Below are positions 24,311 to 54,245 of a stretch of 64,000 nucleotides of DNA, one piece after another. Source of the DNA: Lingula anatina (taxonomy: Eukaryota; Animalia; Brachiopoda). Below the pieces are notes generated by a model. The model ran no database searches. It had not been told where the DNA came from and saw only the letters and a list, made by a program, of their open reading frames with translations. The position numbers and the translations under genes are program-made. Numbering within the stretch: the first letter of the stretch is position 1; every line of letters begins with the position of its first letter. The stretch covers positions 9,796,001 to 9,860,000 of the forward strand of contig CM120643.1 in NCBI GenBank assembly GCA_051362555.1, in the 5' to 3' direction.

Positions 24311-26172
24311 ACTGTGATATTCAGGGATTTATATTTAAGGTTATTACTCACTGATTTCACACATAATTGATTAATATTGCAGAATAATAACAACTTTTAT
24401 TGTAGAGACTGATTAATGGAAATGTTCAGGTAATTATGAACTGAAAGTAGGTAACAATTTTTTCTTAAAATGAAGTTTTGTCTTTTAAGAAACTGAAAAA
24501 AGAGGGAGTTGGGTCCATGACATCAGGTACGTTTTGACAAATTACTAAAATGATAGATTTTTAAATGAAAAAAAAAAAAAAAATAGGTGTTTGAAATTTA
24601 TGAGTAGTTACTTTATTTGGTATTGGCAATTCCATGTGCTGCAGAAGAATCAATGTTTAGAATTCTTTCAACAGTAGCATTAAATGCACATAAATTCCAC
24701 TTAGTAGAATAAGAAGAATGGAGTTGTATTTACTAGTAAGTATAATTGCCACAACCACAAAATTTTCAATTTATTGTTGCTGAATTTATTTTCCATGCAC
24801 AAATGCTTGACAAACATGATTAAGATTGCCAACATCCAAACAATGGTTACTATAAGCTTTATTGCCATGGATTGTGTAGTTTTTAAAAATGTTCAGCATT
24901 TCTTCTGTGAATTTATGAAAATATAGTCTGTTAAGCATTATTTTTTATGAAAATGTGAAATTGTGTAAGCAGTATCGTTTATCATTGAGTTTACTTAAAC
25001 CTGTTTCATACTATATTGGTTACTGTATTTCCTTGAAAGTTATACATTTTTTCATTTTTGCAAAATATTGTTAAACAATCTTGCAGCAGACTTTTTTAAA
25101 TATATTGTTTGCTCTCGAACAATTAATGATTGTATGAAAGGTTGCCAGAAAATACAGTTCATATCTTAGTCTTTCAAGTAGAATTTTGCAGACTTTAAAA
25201 ACTTTTTATCACTGACAGCATATAAAACTATTTTTATTTTGTATTGATCTCCAAAATTCTTTTGATGAATAAATTGAGATTTTATTACAAATTAAATTGT
25301 TTTGAGACTTGTTTGTGGTTTCTATTACCTCGTCTTAAAATAAGTAATTGGAACATTATTGGACTGTATTAATAGATGAGAAACTTCGTGATTTATGTCA
25401 TTTTAATAAAAGAAAAATTAAAATTTTAAATCAACAATGATTTAGCTTGCAATAATGATTTAAGTGGATTCTCCCACCACAAACTATTTTTTTTAGGTAT
25501 GACATAACGACATGACATATGATTCAGAAATCAAAATATGTTTTATTTTTCTTGATAACAGACCAAGCTGTTGAAACAATATTTACAGCAAGCTGTTTGG
25601 TAACATAATTTACGTCTTCCTTTTCATACATATCACAATTGTGAAAACAATACATTTAATTTAATAAATACCCCCTCTATACAAGTAAGTATTGTGTACA
25701 CTTCTTAATTAACAGTATAATGATGTTGACGGTATAATGATGTTGATTTATAATAAGAGGAATGTTAAGTAATTTCACACTCATTCTCACACAAGGAATG
25801 CTCTGGCACTACCATCTGTTATTTTAATTGGCTATATAAGACTGGATCCACTTCAAAAAATGAATTATATTACTATAAGCAGGAATGCCATTCAAAATAT
25901 TCAAAACAAGTAAATCACAGTGCCAGTGATACAAAAAATCAACATTTACTGAAAGACAAATTGATACAAAAATGATACTTTGGTATGCAAATATTCCAGG
26001 GATGAGACCTTTGGGCTCCCAAAATGTCATAAATCCACTGATAGTTGGTCAAAATCTAATTACTGTTGTAAGCACCAACACAACAAAAAAAGTTGAAATT
26101 CCACCAATAATCAGAAAAATTTCATCCATGATATTCCAGTGTCTTTGACCTAATTTCACTGGTGTCCTTGAC

Positions 26173-41296
<15,124 letters not shown>

Positions 41297-42223
41297 TGTA
41301 TGGATTAAAATGTTTCATTAACGGACGTCTACCTTTCTATCGTTCGCATTTGGACAAGCACATAATCTTAGATTTACAATAACGCTCTAAAAAGCCTACT
41401 TTTTGTATAACATGAACAGCGGTCGTAATGAACTTCTTAAGTCGAGCTAATGGCCTCGTTCTCACTCAAGTGTCTGCTCTCTATTTATTGGAGGATGGGA
41501 CCGTTGGATGGTATGTGTGTTATGCTGGAGCAACTGACAGGAGTGGGGGAATCCCCTCAAAATTTTTGTTTCTGTGCGTCACTGAGGAGGCATCAGCACG
41601 AAGGTTTTGACTGCGCTATATTTAGAATATATTGAGTAGGTGTGGAACTGACTACAACTTTAATTTTGTTGAACAATAATTGTTTTTTATAATGTTGCTT
41701 ACATTTTTAATGTCGTTTCCAGGTAAGATTAGTAAATGAGTTCATAAAATATTACCGTGGCGATGCGTACATGTACACGGATACTAGTCACCCCGCTTCC
41801 TTCTTCTTATACATATTGCTCAACATATTTCGATTTTATGCATAATACATTTATTCTACATTATTCAATATCTGTGATAAAATGTAGGACATCCGTTTAG
41901 AATCTTACATACATGTAGTTTATCAGTTGGCATAGAGACTTTTCGGTACATTTAGGGTTTCAGTAAACACCAAAGTTAAATGACATCCTGTTGTTTAATT
42001 TCAGTATCCCTTTATGAGAAGTGACTGTGAACCAAGCCATAGACTTATCTTCTCTTCTGAGTTTAAGAAGGAGGCAGACAGAACTAATTGTTTTGTTTTC
42101 TAAATACATCCACAACCCAGGAGCTTGAGGGAAGATATCTTAACATGGTGACAAACACCTATTTCACTGATTATTGATATTCAGGAAGCACAAAGCACCT
42201 ATATAATTGTACAACTAAACAAT

Positions 42224-45200
42224 ATGGAGAAATTCATTAGATGCTTTATCTTGTTGAAAGAAACTACAGCAATTAGTACGGAGAGCCCTCCATCACAGGA
42301 TTTAAAAATAGAGCAAGTTTCTAAGAAGAAGAATGAGACAGTACTCAAAGGGAGCCTCTGGACCGAATGTGCACTTGGCAAGCACAAAAAAACTATCACC
42401 CTGACATCTGTTGAATTTCGAGATGTCTATCTAGTCAATATTTCCATGTCAGATATCTCACAAATAGGATTTGAAGAAATGGAACTGTTACTAGCAATTA
42501 CAACATGCAAGGACAGGTTGATCGTGTTTGAGGATAAAAATAACTGGTTACAAGAAGGCATTCAAATAAAAGTTAATTCCTATGTCTTTATTATAAAACA
42601 ACCAGGTATGGCTGATGGCACCATAGGCCTGGTGCGTTACAAGGGCGAATTGCCCGCCCAAAAAGGAGTCTGGTTTGGGATAGAAATCAAAGTGAGTGTA
42701 TGCCAAATGAACATTTTGGAGATATTTTTCAAAGTATGAGAAACTCGATTAGGATATCATATTAAGTATTGTAGAAGTTCTAGAGGCTACACATGCTGAA
42801 AAAAAAAAGCAATTAACTTACATTTTACACACTAGTATAGTTCTATTGAGCAGAACAACTGTTTTTATTTGCATTGACTTTCTCATGATAATGTGATTTT
42901 CAAGCAAAGGTTGAATAATCATAATTTTTTTTTTTTGAAATTTTTCTCTTTTTTAGTCCTTTTCAGCAAGGGGCAAAGGAACTTCAGATGGAGAATTCAG
43001 AAGAAAAAAATTCTTTGATTGTCCCCCTGACTGTGCCCTTTTTGTGAACATAAGTAAAGTCAGACTATGTACCAGTAAACAAGCAATTGAGAATGCACTA
43101 CGAAGACCAGCGGATCAAATAGGTGCCAAAGTTTACTCTCCACCCCCACAACTGAAAATTGAGGATCGAGTTGTGTGGATGTCAGACGATGGCCCTCAGT
43201 GGGGGTCAGTCAAATGGATAGGTGTGCTAGAAGACTCAAAAGACGGGGAGTACACTGTCGGAGTGCATTTTGTAAGTTGAATTCTGGCTGTGGAAAAGTG
43301 ACGTCTGCTCGAAATCTTGAAACTGTACTTCCCCTAGTAAGAGTGAAGAAAGACTGCCACTGCAGCAAAATTCCAGGGTGCATTTTTGTAGAATGTGGGT
43401 TGACTCTTTTTGGTGCATTCAGTCACTTCCTGCTGTTTGATTCACAAAAATTGTTTAAGACTGAAAGGTCTACCTCAATTCAAGATGAAACCTGAAGATA
43501 TCCTCTTGAATACAGTGACATCTGGTGGGCCAATTGATGCACACTAAAATTAAAGCGTAAGCTTAAGGGCAGAAACCACCAAATAATTTCCCATTGACGA
43601 CCATACTAAGAAATGCCTTCAATACTGCATGAACAAAATTACTCTGTGAAACATTTCCCATCCCCATGGACAGTAGACACACTGACATAACTCCCAATGG
43701 CAAAAAAATATACTGTCATCAGACTTTCTTGCTTACCGGCATCACTTGAACATGTGCACCCCTCTGTTTGTAAACAAACCACTGCACCACTCACAGTCAG
43801 TAGCCCCCTCCGCCAGAGGTCTCACAGCTGCACCGCACCTGAGCCTGGTCCTGAAAAAAAAACTGGCAGTAGTATACACCCTAGCCTGCTAGTTGATACC
43901 AAAATAAACCCTAGCAACACAAGAAATGCCAGGAAAAAAATGGAAAAAAGCACTAATTTTCTCTCAATGAACTACATTCGTCTATAACAGGCGCTGATAG
44001 GCTGATTTAGTGGTTTCTGCCCTTAAGCTCATCACCTGTGCTATATTTAAAGAGCACATTTGTGCATTGAGTTTTTTTGTTTTTTTTTTTAATGGAGTAC
44101 AATCAAGTCGAGGACCAGACTAACTGGTACAAAACAGAAAATTGTATGGTAAAAACTTGAAAATTTAGTCATTCTTGAAAATTTTGTTGGAAGACGATTC
44201 TCTGTCAACATAATTTTTTTTTCACTTTGAAAATTTTGTCACACATGAAAATGGGATCTTGAGAATTTTGAAAAGTTTGTCAACTAATATGGCCGCGTAG
44301 GATTCATGCATTTTGAAATAATTATGAATTAATTTTTAAGTGCCGAAATTTTTAAGTATTACCATACCATGTTATGTGAAAAGAGCCTTCATTGAAATCT
44401 TGACCAGTCAATTTTGAGACGTGATAAATGTATCTTATTATCACAACTTCCCAAAAAGAAAATGGAAAGAAAAGAAGGATTTCCTTCTTTCAAGAAAATT
44501 AACAAACTTAAAACTTAGTAGATAATAAGTTGAGCTGATGCAAATTGGGTGAAAAATAAAACAAAAAGTGGTGAACTGAAAGTGATTAGCTGTACAAAAT
44601 TTAATTTATATAACATCGCTTGTGAGAATTTATTTTCATACAGCATTTAATAAACTACCATTATTTTTCCAGTTTTGTAAATAATATTAAATAACCCTCT
44701 TTCAGGATAATCCAGTTGGTACAGGAACGGGGAAATATAAAGATAAACAATTATTCAGAACGCCCCATGGCCATGCCTCTTTAATACCAGTTTTGGGTTT
44801 GATTAAGGCTGATGAATATGGAGAAGCAGGTAGGTGAAAATATTCCACAACTTTGACATGCATGTGCACTGCTCTCTTTGTTTTAATATTGAGCGTAAAG
44901 TAATAATTTCAAATATAAAATATAAAATGACTTGGAGAAAAGTAGTCATGAGAGTTTACACAGTCATATCTTTTAGTTATTCTGTATACATGATATATAG
45001 TTTTAAATTGAAGAAAAGAGCAGTAAATCTTTTGTTTTTTTTCAAAAACCAATAAAAGTTATTTGAATTCAAAATATTTATTGTTCAAAAAGGATACTTT
45101 GCCCACTTGTCTTGCCTATCCCATATTATTGAAATAAATTGCACATGAACCATATTTTTGATAAAATGATTAAGAATAATAAAATATATACATATATTTG

Positions 45201-48200
45201 AAGTAAAACAAGAAATAAAGTGCTAGTACAACATTCTTCCATTTCAGACCCTAACTCATATGGGGCAACAGGTGGTTACTATGATGACATAAAGAAAAAA
45301 AATACAACAGCTTTGTATAAAGAACAAGAGCGTCTGTTAGAAGAAGCAAGAAGAAAAAAGTCATCAGGGGCAACACAGGAAAATGATCTGAACAAGCCAA
45401 CTGTTCGTAGAGGAACTCTCCCCATGTCTGGCTCCAAATCTTTATATCCTGATGGTAATGTTGGCAGTCATGAAGCCGGGCGAACATCGCCTCATAACCC
45501 TATGTATGAGTTCTTCGGTATGTACATGTGTGGGATATTTTGGTTTTTATTTGCCTCCAAGTGATGTGTAAAAGCCTAAAAGGTGCTGGTAATATTTGTA
45601 AGGCCATAAAGATGGACTATAAACTGGTTGCCCCCTCCCCTCCAAGAGAAAAAATATATTTATAAAGTGTTTACAAAATTTTTCTTTTCTCCCAATTCAT
45701 CAGAAGTTGTACTTACTTTCCTTCAATCCAGATTCATTTAAGTATCCGGGCAGCATGCCTACAAATAACCCTCTTGTACTGTAGAGATTCAACATTCGCT
45801 ATAGAACTCTCTGGCCCATTCCATGTCTACAGGTTTGGCCTTAATGAAGGGTAAGAAGTAACAAGTAGGTCTTGGAGTTAGTCTGAAATTTTATTGAAAA
45901 AAATTCCTAAAACTCTAAAACCTAATAATGATGATTATTATATTCTTTTAAATTTGTAAAAAAATAATTAAAAACACTGACAAAAAAGCAATAAAATGAC
46001 TTTGACAATTAAAAAAAACTCAGTAAACAATAATTTATCATTAAGCACCAATACTAGATGAAGAAATCATTACAAAATCATATAAAAATTTCCAACATCA
46101 ACTGTAATTGTTTGAATAATAATACACCCAAAATATTTGTTGATAAATTTTCAATGTACAGAGGCAGAAGTATGCTACATATGGTTAAAGATGCATAATA
46201 ATTAGGCAAGTGTTTGTGACAAAACTTAGCTAATAAACCCTAGCAAATACCACCATGGTCTTTTGAATAGTGTAACTTTAAGAAATACCACAGAATTAAT
46301 TTCATTGCTTTATTTTCCAAAAAATGATATTTGCATTATTGCATATAATTTTTTCTGCCTACTTTCTGTGCCTTTTGGCTTGGGGAAAATTATGTCAAAC
46401 TTGTGAACAGAAATGTGAAGAAGGTACTGTTTTAAGTCCTTTTATGCTTCCCACGGGATAAATTTCAGTTGGGTTATGGCATGTGGATTTTAGTTGTGAT
46501 GTATAAGAAACTAGTACTAATACTTTATGTATGTTACAGGCATTCACTCTTGTTTCATATGCATCTTTAAAGTAACTTTCAGTTTCACTTAAGTAAACAC
46601 TTGACTATTGTTGCCAATTGAAAAGTGAAAGAAATGCCTCAAGACCTTACGCATAGCTTTCTGCAAATACCAAGCTAAATGCTACATAAACAAAGGAAAA
46701 CCTTAACCTACTTATTTTCACAACAACCAGGATGTTTTAAAATAAATAGATATCAAGACTAATGCACGTGTCATTTAAAATGTTCCGCTGTCCTCACTTT
46801 TGTCACACTGATATTGATTCATTTTGCTATATTTGGGTCTGAAAATGTCACATATGACACTTTGTCATGCACTCAGGTGATCATCATTTGGCACAGCTAT
46901 AATTATTATAATAATGGATTATACTGTCAGATATGTCTGCTATGCTCACCGTTTTGCGTGATATCAACTTTTAATCAGTCAAAGGTAAACAGGAGTTTCT
47001 AAAAAATTCCATCCACCGTTGCTAAAATGCATGTCCTTTTGACCTTTGCTTTGACAGTAGGGGAATCCCCATCTAATTTTAGCTACTATGTCATTTGAAG
47101 GTTACTGACTATTTTGGATTTTACCGCTGACAGGATAATTCCTAGTCTGAATTGTTATGTCATTTTTTTTCCGATTAGCAAATAATTGCTTTGCAAATAA
47201 TTTAACTTGCTCTTAATAAATTTTAGCTTATAATTTGCATAAATTAGATGAATTTAAGTAGAGCATTCTTTCATTTTTGCTGGCTCTCTTATCTACCCCT
47301 ACGCACACTTGGTGTAAACAGATACATGCGTGATATTTTGTATATTTAGAAAATGGTTTAAAAAGCTGAACCAAGTTTCATATAAGAAGAAAACCAGGCA
47401 TAACAGATATTGATCAAATATTTTAAGCTTCCTTGTGGCCTAGGATTAAAATAAAAATACAGTCACAAACACCCTTTTCACTTTTTTCATGGGTCACTAA
47501 CTGTGAATGAAAAATAGTTCAAAACTATTTCTCTTGTCGATAAATGGACAAAAAAGAACATATTAAGGAGCACAGCAACTCCAATATATGTCAAGGCGTA
47601 TAAACAATACTTTATTTCTGACTTGTTTTGATCTTAGAAAATTTCTGAACTGTCCTTTAATTTTTATAAATCACCATATAGACCATGCCTGTAAGTTTGC
47701 AAACTTCACACTCCAGATAACAAAATGAAAAGCGATAAATTTATGATTTGAAAAAAAAAAATGACACAAAGTCATGTATATTTATTTGTTGGATTTTTTT
47801 TGCTCAGGCTTGGGTTTTCTCATTCATTCCCAGTTTCTGAGCAATATTATATCTGGATGTACTACACATTGGAATTTAATGTGATTTTTTACGGGGAAAC
47901 TTTGGAAATTTTTTGGTATTGATAATTGAACGTTATCTTTGTCCCAATCAATACATATTGTGAAAGGTTTGATATACAATCAAATATAAAATTGACACAT
48001 CTTATTGCTTCATTTGCAAATTATTGGCCTTTGAGTATGTAAGCAGGAAGTTCCTCAACAATTACACTTAATCTGCTTACATCACATTGTTATTATACAA
48101 TATTACTATAATTTCTTTATCTTTATAAATTTCCCTGGTTCTACCTGTACTTCAAATCAGAGAGGGAATATTTTTAGATTAAAAGGATTTTTACTCTGTA

Positions 48201-49196
48201 TATAAAATCTTTAGCTCTGTCATACTCGTGCTAATATCACAGATCTGAAGAAGAGAATACTTCTGTGCTAATATTTAAAGCTTATTTTATATCACTGAAT
48301 GTTGTCAGAAAATATTTACAAAAATAGTTTGGACCAGAGTCGAATATGAGGGTGTATATAGGAGGTAAAATTAAGACTGCACATAATATTTTGAATGACT
48401 TTTGGATAATTTGTATAGACATTACATTACAAACGGTTTAAAATATTTAAAGAATTATAAAATCAAGCTTGCAAATATGTGACCAACAAAGATGGTGTTG
48501 CAACAGCAGCATTATTGGCTCTAAACACTATATATATATAAAAAAACAAAACAAAATGTTAATTAACAGGCTAAAAATTGTTTTTATTACTTTCAGCTCC
48601 AGATGTTTCACCCAAACCAGTGAGCTCTATGAGTGGTATTAAGGGGCCACCAGACACTTGGCAAACAAGACCACAAAGGGGGTTGTCACATACACAGGTA
48701 AGCATCTTTTGAATGGAGATGAAAAAGTAACCATAAATGCTGAGTAGTCAAAAGTTTTTAAAAAAATTAGATAGAAATAGAGAAGATTTTAATGTTATTA
48801 GGATGTAAAAAATTTTTGAAGCGTTATCAAACTGTTTTTTTTTCCTTTTCTGCAGAGCTCTTCTTTTCCACAAGGAAATTCTAAATACAGGCCAGTCCAC
48901 AGGTTGGTCACCAGTACAAGCTCCGTACCTGGGACAGGGAGTAGCGGTGGAAGTGACGGCTGGAAGGAGCTGAGTGTCGGCTCCGTCGTCGAAGTTTTAG
49001 GAAACCCTCCGCAGTATGGAGTCATTCGATGGATAGGGACCATTCCCGAAGCCAAAGACCCCACCAAATTAATCGCCGGAATTGAAATGGTAAGTGAGCA
49101 TGCTGTTTTTGCAATTATTTCTGGACTCATACTAGCATATAGATGTTTTGCTTATTGCCCCAAGTATAATGTTTTTGAAATAGCTTCATATGTCAC

Positions 49197-49255
<59 letters not shown>

Positions 49256-50440
49256 GTTTAATATATTGTGTGTGTGTGTGTTTAATTATTGCTTTTAATG
49301 GCCCTAAACATTTGGGGTTTCTTTCATATAAAAATAAATATTACACTAATATATTGTGTGTGTTAGACCATGACAGATATTCTAAGAGCACATTCAGAAC
49401 AGCGGACTAACAGATTCATGGATCAAATATGGCCAACCCACTTGAATGCTTGTTGCATAATCTACTTAATGTCCAAACGGGAATTTAGCGACAAGCTGTT
49501 TAGTGGGTTGCCATATTTGATCCACAGATCTGTTAGTCTGCGGTTCTGAATGCGCTGTAACTTATCTTCCAGGAAGAGGAAGGACCGGCCTGCACTGATG
49601 GTGTATTTGGTAAAAGACGACTGTTCACTTGTCAGCCAAAGAAAGCTTTCTTCACATATCTAACCAAGTGCAGGAAGGACCAGAGATTTGCTGAAAGCTC
49701 TAAACTTGTGGACAGAAGTCATAGTCAGAGTAAGATGCAATTTTTTAAAGAAAATATTTTATTTATCAAGTCAATTTTTAAGGCTTATGCACAGGGAAGT
49801 TGCAAATATCTGAGGTTTCCAAGTTAATGAATGAATTTTGATTTAAAAACATTAGCATGAATTTGGGGAATTTCTTTTTCATTAAAACCAAGTATTTCAA
49901 AGGAATATGCAAAGCACCAATTATTATTTCCCTCATTTCAAACTGAAATTTCTAAAATCAGCTATAACATTTATTTTATTTTCACAATCATCTTTTTACC
50001 TTCCAGCATTTGGTAGTGAAGAAAGCCCAGACATCCCAGGGAAAATACCACCCCCTGAGCAGGTCAGCCACGAGGTAGAGAAATATACGGGGAAACGTAA
50101 GGGAATCCAGGGACACCACAACTCCTGTTATCTGGACTCCACGCTCTTCTCCATGTTCTCCTTCTCCTTTGTTTTTGACGAGTTACTGTTTCGTCCCAGG
50201 AACGGAGGGGACATCTCGGATTACCAGGAGCTTCAGACTGTGATCAGGGAAGGAATTGTCAACCCTCTGAGGCAGTAAGTGTTTAGGGCAATGGCCCTGT
50301 TGAGTGATGTGTTGATGGGTGCGCTCATTGGCACCATTCAGATATAGATGATCCGAGCAGTAACTGGTAGGGAGCTTTATCTAAAGTAAAATTTGTTTGA
50401 ATCAAACACCTTGGTGATTTTTGCTTATTCACATTTTAAC

Positions 50441-50483
<43 letters not shown>

Positions 50484-53400
50484 GAAAACATTTATAGAAA
50501 AATTGATTTCTCTGCACTCTTATCCTATTAAATGCATTGCAGGTCCTTCTACGTCCGAGCAGACAAAATACTGAAGCTGAGAGCAATGCTGGACAGACTG
50601 GGCTCAATCAAAGGAATGATGAGTGAAGAAAAAGGTGGGAAAGAATTTCAATTTTTAAATTATTTGTGCTGCCTTTTTGCCTTTTTATCTTTTACTTCAA
50701 GTTGGTAATTGTTAATTTTAGGGGTACTTGTTTTTTTTTTTTTTTCATTATCTTCCATTATCAAAAATTCAGGTTATTTTGGATAGTATGAAGACTTTAA
50801 TTGATGGAAGCTTCAAGAAATGTATAAGACTGTCAGATATCTACTAAATTAAATAAAATTTTTAAAAATATGTTCAAGTTGGAATATATGTTTACTTTTA
50901 AAGTCCATGTTCCTAAATTTGTATTTATTTAAATTCATATTCAAGACCCTGAAGAATTCCTCAACCTTTTACTGAGTTTGATGAAAGCAGATCCATTCAT
51001 AAAGCTGAGCAATGGCACAGAGTCATATCTGTACCAGCTGTTTCTAGAGAGAGACGAGAGACTAAGGTTACCAACCACGCAAAACTTGGTGGAGCTGTCC
51101 TTCTTTCAATCCAATATCAAACTAGCAGAGGTGTGTAAGAAGATTAAAAAGTAATATAGTTTTAGAAAAAAAGAGAAAAGATCCATCTTAGAAACACCTT
51201 GAATTTTGAATTTGGCAGTAACATACGTTTATCAAAATAGCAGAGGTGAGTTTGCAGATTAAAAACTGATAATAATGAAATAAAAAGGAAACTACACAGA
51301 ACTTGTGGGAGCTGTTCTTTCAGTCTGGCATGAAACAAGCAGAGGCAAGTTTGCTCTTTTAAAAATATATTACTTTTGAGAAGGAAGAGAGGAGACCATT
51401 CTGAACAACTCCACAGAGCTCAGTTTTCAGCCTAGAACCAAGCTATCCAAGATTCATTTATTTATTTATTTATGAGAAAGTTACTAGTATGACAGCATTA
51501 GAATGGAGACTAATATAAGACTTATTACACTAAACCTGATAGAGCTGAACTATTCTGCTCTCAGAGCACCAGTAGTTGAGTCGAGTTGCCTTGAGGAGTT
51601 TTGCTGTACTATTATATAATGCAGAGATCTCTCTCTCAGCACTCCCGCTAAACTTTGCAGAAATCGTACTTATTAACTTAGTTAAGATGATTAGATAAAA
51701 CAGCCATAATTTTGAGACAGACAAGATACTTAATACGCATCACACAAAACTAGGAAGAGCTGTATTTTATTTACCATGATATTAAACTAGCTAAGGTAAG
51801 TTGACATGTTAAAAGTAAAGATGGAAGATCAGTCAAATTTATCATGTACGCTGCTTCATTCTGGAAATGTTCAATGCTGATGAATCTTAAGTGAACATGA
51901 AGTCCTGAATTATCAGAAGCAACAATCAGCATGGCCATGACAAGGTAATAAGAGCCAACTTTACCTTCCACATGCTTTGTGCTTATGATATATCACTTAT
52001 ACATTGCTCTTTGGCAAGATCGGGATATTCATAACTAATCCATGATCTCCAGCACCAGAGAGGAGCACTCTGCACCAGTTGAGATCTGTGTTAATAACCG
52101 CACAGAAATCTGATGCAGAGCTGTTGTTTCTTTGGGTGGATGGAAAATTATCTGAGGTAAGTCAGCAAATTTTAAGTAATGCCAGGCAAAACTTATGAGT
52201 TTGTTTAAGAGGGGTGAATCTGTGTAAACAGGATTGGTAAACAATTTTTTTCTGATAAAATTGTTCAATTATTTTTGCATTTTCAGCTTTTTTTGTTTTG
52301 TTTTGTTTTGTTTTTTGGAGGGGTCCAAGTTACAGCGTGGGTCATTTTAGAGCATAAAAACAATAACATTGTTCTTTTCTTAGATCAGTTGTAAATTTCT
52401 CCCACTTACTAATGCCAATACTTAATGCGTCCCCTCCCCCCCCCCTCCCCCCCCCCCCAAAAAAAAAAGAAATTAAATCATTATAATAAATATACCAAAA
52501 GTGGTAAACTTGTTTGTTTCCACAAACTTAGGGTAGTGTCATTAACCAACTGATCATTTTTGTGCACAAGGATTAAGGTAAGTATGCAAATTTAAAGTAT
52601 CAAGCTTTTTAATGCAGGTTAAGGTAAGTGTTCCCATAAGAGCTGACGGAATATAATTTCTTGAAGGGCTTGATCAGAACGATGGGCAAAGTTACATGGC
52701 TATTATTATGTTTGTTTTAGATCCCAGCTTGTCTGATCATCCAGATGCCAAGGTTTGGTAAGGATTACAAGATGTATGATAGAATACAGCCTTCACCGTA
52801 CCTGGACATTACTGACATCATGGAGAATGGTAAGTTATGTGGAAGGTTTTATAGAAGGCACGTGTGGATGAAAATTAGATGTTGAAAACTCTGTTTAGTA
52901 TTAATAAAATGTAGGGCACATTATTTCAGAAAATTTGTTTTCCTTGACATGCATGTTTTTGTAATTGATGTTTTATAAATGTTTATTTTATTTTAAACAA
53001 ACAGTATGCCAAAGTGGTCCTTCTTTCTCATATTTTATATCATGCATTGTGTTATTTTGACACAAAACGATTTGTGTTTCAAAATTGTTTTGCATGTCCT
53101 TGATAGACAAAAGAAGTTGTCTTTCATTCACTTATTATTCATAGGTTCAGTTGTTAGTGTGTCCTGCATATACATGTAACTGAAAATATGAATAAGACAT
53201 TTAGCAATTTTATAACTAGTTATTCTAAGTATATTATAGTCATTGTTATAACCACTTTTAAAGGTATAAGAGAATGTAACATCTGTGGAGGACTTGCTGT
53301 GTATGAGTGTAAGGAATGCTATGAACATTTTGGAACCAGCCTCAGCAAACTGGCCTTCTGCGAAGACTGCAAATACGTGGTAAGTGAAGTAATCTGCAGT

Positions 53401-54206
53401 TTGTAATTTCTGTCTGTCATACCAGTGTGTGTGCGTGCGTGCACGTGCTTGCCTGCGTGCATGCGTGCGTGTGTGTGTGTGTTTGTCAACATTCAGAAGA
53501 GAAGTTGTTCATTTCTTGCATAAAAACAACATTTGTCTCATTAAGATGTGTGACAAGGTAGGTTTTTTAACGGTTTTGCAGTTGAAAACTAAAGAAAAGG
53601 CAAAATCAATAAGGTCTACAAAAATGTCATAAATAATAAGCAGTAAATTAAAATACACATACACAAACTTTGTGATCTAAAGCACGTTTGTCGAAAAAAA
53701 GGTCCATGTGAAAGAAGTCACTCCATATAAAATATATTTTGCTAATAACATAAATATAATAAATGATTTATGATTGTGATTTTTCTCCTTTGTCTTTTCT
53801 TCAGACTCATAAACATGTCAAAAGGTCCAAACACCAGCCTAAAGAGATGAAAGTCGCAAAGGAATACCTAGACCACTTAGAGGACTTGAAACGAGAAGGA
53901 AAACCCACAGATCCTGAGCACCTACCAATTCCAAGAGAAACTATGGAGCTGTTTGCTATTTTGTGCATTGAGACCTCCCATTATGTGGCATTTGTGAAAG
54001 CTGGGTGTGATCCTGATGCTGTCTGGATGTTCTTTGATTCCATGGCAGATAGAATGGGTAAATTGAATGTATATGGAGGAATTGTTTAATTGTAATGTGG
54101 TTTTCTACTGGAAGAGAAGATATGTTTCTGAAAAGAGTCTTCTCTTTTGTTTTTGATTTGATTACACACATTGGTAATTGCTATAGACCATTGTAGGTTC
54201 TTTAAT

Positions 54207-54245
<39 letters not shown>

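Noticed and set aside
43697-43987. 96-aa ORF inside the TTAA MITE as a transposase
   Set aside because: Too short, with no DDE or DNA-binding motif recognisable.
51530-52268. Minus-strand ORFs, one signal-peptide-like, as a nested gene in CYLD intron 10
   Set aside because: They have non-ATG starts, and the region is better explained as plus-strand decayed copies of CYLD exon 10.
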